This document shows positions 1 through 1,183 of a stretch of DNA of 1,183 nucleotides, piece by piece. Under the pieces are notes generated by a model. The model saw nothing but the letters and a program-made list of their open reading frames with translations, had not been told where the DNA came from and searched no databases. Where the stretch lies: the sequence record OR846234.1. One strand, 5' to 3'. Every line of letters begins with the position of its first letter. Position 1 is the first letter of the stretch. The position numbers and the translations under genes are program-made. Source of the DNA: a phage.

Positions 1-852
1 GCCGCGGCTGTTACCGCATGGGCGTCAACGTGGCGCATTCCGCAATTTAAAACGGTTGGCCTGCCGACAATGGGGGCTTACCGTGAACTACGCAAATTGC
101 CGCGCGGCGTCAGCATTGCTGATGAGTTTGACGAGCGCGTCGAGGCTGCACGCGCCGCCGCAGACAGTGGTGATTTTGCGTTGTATATCAGCGCGCAGGG
201 TGGGGCAAATGTCCCGCGCGATCGTCAGACTGTCAGGGTCGCCCGTAGCCCGTCGGATGACGTTAACGAGTACGAGGAAGAAGTCGAGAGAGTGGTCGGC
301 ATTTACGCGCCGCATCTCGGCGCGCGTCATATTCATATCACCAGAACGACGGACTGGCGCATTGTGCCGAAAGTTCCGGTCGTTGAGCCTTTGACTTTAA
401 AAAGCGGCATCGCCGCGCCTCGGAGTCCTGTCAATAACTGTGGAAAGCTCACCGGTGGTGATACTTCGTTACCGGCTCCCACACCTTCTGAGCACGCCGC
501 AGCAGTGCTTAATCTGGTTGATGAGGGTGTCATCGAATGGAGTGACCCGGAGGTCGTGAAGGCGCTCAGGGGCGCATTAAAACACAACCTGAGAACACCA
601 AATCGTCAGCAAAGAAACGGAAGCCCGTTAAAACCATATGAAATGGCACCATCGGCCAGACTGACCAGGTCGGAACGAATGCAAATTACCCGTATCCGTG
701 TTGACCTTGCTCAAAAGGGTATCAGGCCGCAGCGATGGGAGCTCGAAGTGTTGGCACGAGGCGCTACTGTTAGTTATGAGGGACAAAATTTTGCATTCAC
801 GGATAGCCATGACTGGAGTGGTTTTGCTGAACACTTTGATCTTTTTGAGTAA
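1..852 (+). CDS. hypothetical protein, probably 5'-truncated by the window edge (first in-window ATG at 70; stop TAA 850-852)
   Basis: Frame 1 is open from nt 1 to the TAA at 850-852. The supplied ORF track calls 70..852 (260 aa). Codons upstream of ATG70 (GCC GCG GCT GTT ACC GCA TGG GCG ...) look coding, with enterobacterial-type preferred codons (CTG, CCG, GCG, CGC), and there is no purine-rich Shine-Dalgarno in the 15 nt before ATG70, so the real start is likely upstream. All other tracked ORFs in 56-834 overlap this one out of frame or on the opposite strand. I do not recognise the product family from the translation. Confidence 0.75.
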   Translation, partial: AAAVTAWASTWRIPQFKTVGLPTMGAYRELRKLPRGVSIADEFDERVEAARAAADSGDFALYISAQGGANVPRDRQTVRVARSPSDDVNEYEEEVERVVGIYAPHLGARHIHITRTTDWRIVPKVPVVEPLTLKSGIAAPRSPVNNCGKLTGGDTSLPAPTPSEHAAAVLNLVDEGVIEWSDPEVVKALRGALKHNLRTPNRQQRNGSPLKPYEMAPSARLTRSERMQITRIRVDLAQKGIRPQRWELEVLARGATVSYEGQNFAFTDSHDWSGFAEHFDLFE

Positions 853-855
853 TTA

Positions 856-903
856 CCATAAAATGCTCAGGCTACCGCTTGGGATATCCCATGGAATGCT
901 CAG
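856..903. repeat. two 15-bp direct repeats (CCATAAAATGCTCAG 856-870; CCATGGAATGCTCAG 889-903; 13/15 identical, 33-bp register) flanking a perfect 10-bp palindrome GGGATATCCC (881-890)
   Basis: Read directly from the sequence. The first repeat starts 4 nt after the CDS stop codon. The palindrome lies between the two copies and also contains the arm of the long-range inverted repeat (872-883). Confidence 0.6.
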
Positions 904-936
904 TGTATACGCTTTATGCATAGGGTATAAAGGCTG

Positions 937-952
937 CAATTGGCAACAATTG
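937..952. promoter_or_regulatory. paired palindromic hexamers CAATTG (937-942 and 947-952) at 10-bp spacing; candidate operator or regulator-binding site upstream of the small ORF
   Basis: Read directly from the sequence: gCAATTGgcaaCAATTGtgc, lying 10-25 bp upstream of the GGAG at 962-965. Nearby are further small palindromes (GTATAC 905-910, ATGCAT 916-921) and a 6-bp stem CTTTAT/ATAAAG (912-917 / 927-932). Confidence 0.25.
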
Positions 953-973
953 TGCTGACATGGAGATAAACTC

Positions 974-1069
974 ATGTTGAAACTAGTGAGAGTACGTCAG
1001 TACAACCGCTATCGTTTCGGACGTTGGGAGACGGTGCGTAAACACCGCCGTTCTTACCCAACACGATGA
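974..1069 (+). CDS. candidate small ORF encoding a 31-aa arginine-rich basic peptide (MLKLVRVRQYNRYRFGRWETVRKHRRSYPTR)
   Basis: ATG 974-976 to TGA 1067-1069. GGAG at 962-965 sits 8 nt upstream of the ATG, a near-ideal Shine-Dalgarno spacing. The peptide has 9 Arg, 2 Lys and 1 His against 1 acidic residue. Codon usage is mixed (CTA, AGA, GGA, CGA are rare codons). It is too short to appear in the supplied ORF track. No homology could be checked. Confidence 0.3.
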   Translation: MLKLVRVRQYNRYRFGRWETVRKHRRSYPTR

Positions 1070-1070
1070 G

Positions 1071-1139
1071 ATGATATGCGGCCTAAGCGGTAGTGTCTTC
1101 TATATTCTTTTTCTCTTCATACATTTTATTAAAATGTGA
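1071..1139 (+). CDS. candidate 22-aa hydrophobic small ORF (MICGLSGSVFYILFLFIHFIKM), very tentative
   Basis: ATG 1071-1073 begins one nucleotide after the stop of the 974-1069 ORF; the stop is TGA 1137-1139. There is no separate spaced Shine-Dalgarno, so translation would have to be coupled. The hydrophobicity may simply reflect the T-rich sequence (TTC, TTT, CTT, ATT codons). Confidence 0.12.
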   Translation: MICGLSGSVFYILFLFIHFIKM

Positions 1140-1183
1140 AATATCTCCCATAAGTCTAAATATCTCTTTAAATTGTGTGATGT
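1094..1183. promoter_or_regulatory. AT-rich tract (about 26% GC) with direct repeat AAATATCTC (1139-1147 and 1158-1166); candidate promoter/operator region or the start of low-GC acquired DNA
   Basis: Hand-counted GC is 24 of 93 for 1091-1183, against the high-50s % in the CDS. A -10-like hexamer TAAAAT sits at 1130-1135 but has no good -35 partner. No ORF with a credible start runs to the window edge. Confidence 0.35.

Larger units (their letters stand above)
872..1093. repeat. long-range inverted repeat pair: CTACCGCTTGGG (872-883) and CCTAAGCGGTAG (1082-1093), bracketing a module of about 220 bp
   Basis: The reverse complement of 1082-1093 is CTACCGCTTAGG, which matches 872-883 at 11 of 12 positions; the one mismatch is a G.U-compatible pair in RNA, and 9 positions are contiguous perfect matches (872-880 vs 1085-1093). 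A third copy of the ACCGCT core lies at 1005-1010. A 9-bp inverted repeat within about 330 bp has a chance expectation of roughly 0.2, so this is suggestive rather than conclusive. Confidence 0.45.

Noticed and set aside
56-834. Tracked ORFs 56..394 (+), 88..336 (-), 333..587 (-) and 628..834 (-)
   Set aside because: All lie entirely inside the 1-852 frame-1 CDS, in other frames or on the opposite strand. Long shadow ORFs are expected in GC-rich coding DNA, and none has a distinct RBS or an independent argument for being coding.
698-958. Tracked ORF 698..958 (+), 86 aa, starting at GTG
   Set aside because: It overlaps the 3' end of the main CDS out of frame, starts at a GTG with no Shine-Dalgarno, and runs through the repeat/palindrome region, so it is most likely a chance ORF.
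848-976. Minus-strand 42-codon ORF (ATG complementary to 974-976, running to about 848)
   Set aside because: No Shine-Dalgarno upstream of its start on the minus strand, it overlaps the repeat cluster, and it is antisense to the better-supported + strand small ORF start.
872-1093. Retron msr/msd ncRNA bounded by the inverted repeats as a1/a2
   Set aside because: The flanking inverted repeat is retron-like, but I could not find a convincing long msd-type hairpin inside (only short stems such as 1032-1036/1043-1047 and 1023-1028/1057-1062), and no reverse transcriptase gene is visible in the window. Kept only as one possible reading in the findings, not as a feature.
853-1120. Rho-independent terminator for the main CDS
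   Set aside because: No GC-rich hairpin immediately followed by a T-run. GGGATATCCC has no loop and no trailing Ts, and the T-rich stretch at 1107-1118 is not preceded by a local stable stem.
1-1183. tRNA/tmRNA gene, CRISPR array, IS terminal repeats or group II intron 5' end (GTGCG at 1034-1038)
   Set aside because: No cloverleaf or T-loop-like sequence, no regularly spaced repeat-spacer units, no match to IS ends I know, and the GTGCG occurrence has no surrounding intron domain structure in a window far too short to hold one.

Overview
This 1183-bp window holds one convincing protein-coding region and a structured, mostly non-coding tail; I could not identify a defined system from sequence alone. 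The coding region (nt 1-852, + strand) has GC of roughly 55-60% and encodes a protein of at least 260 aa that I cannot assign to a family by eye; its reading frame is open to the 5' window edge, so the true start is probably upstream. The following 330 bp drops in GC in two steps (about 43-50% for 853-1090, about 26% for 1091-1183, counted by hand). That tail contains several repeats and palindromes and two very short candidate ORFs, one arginine-rich (974-1069, with a GGAG ribosome-binding site) and one hydrophobic (1071-1139). No rRNA, tRNA, CRISPR array, intrinsic terminator or recognisable IS end is visible. If a larger system exists it most likely lies downstream of the window, and what is visible here would be its upstream control or small-gene module. 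All functional readings are hypotheses that need database searches and transcript data.
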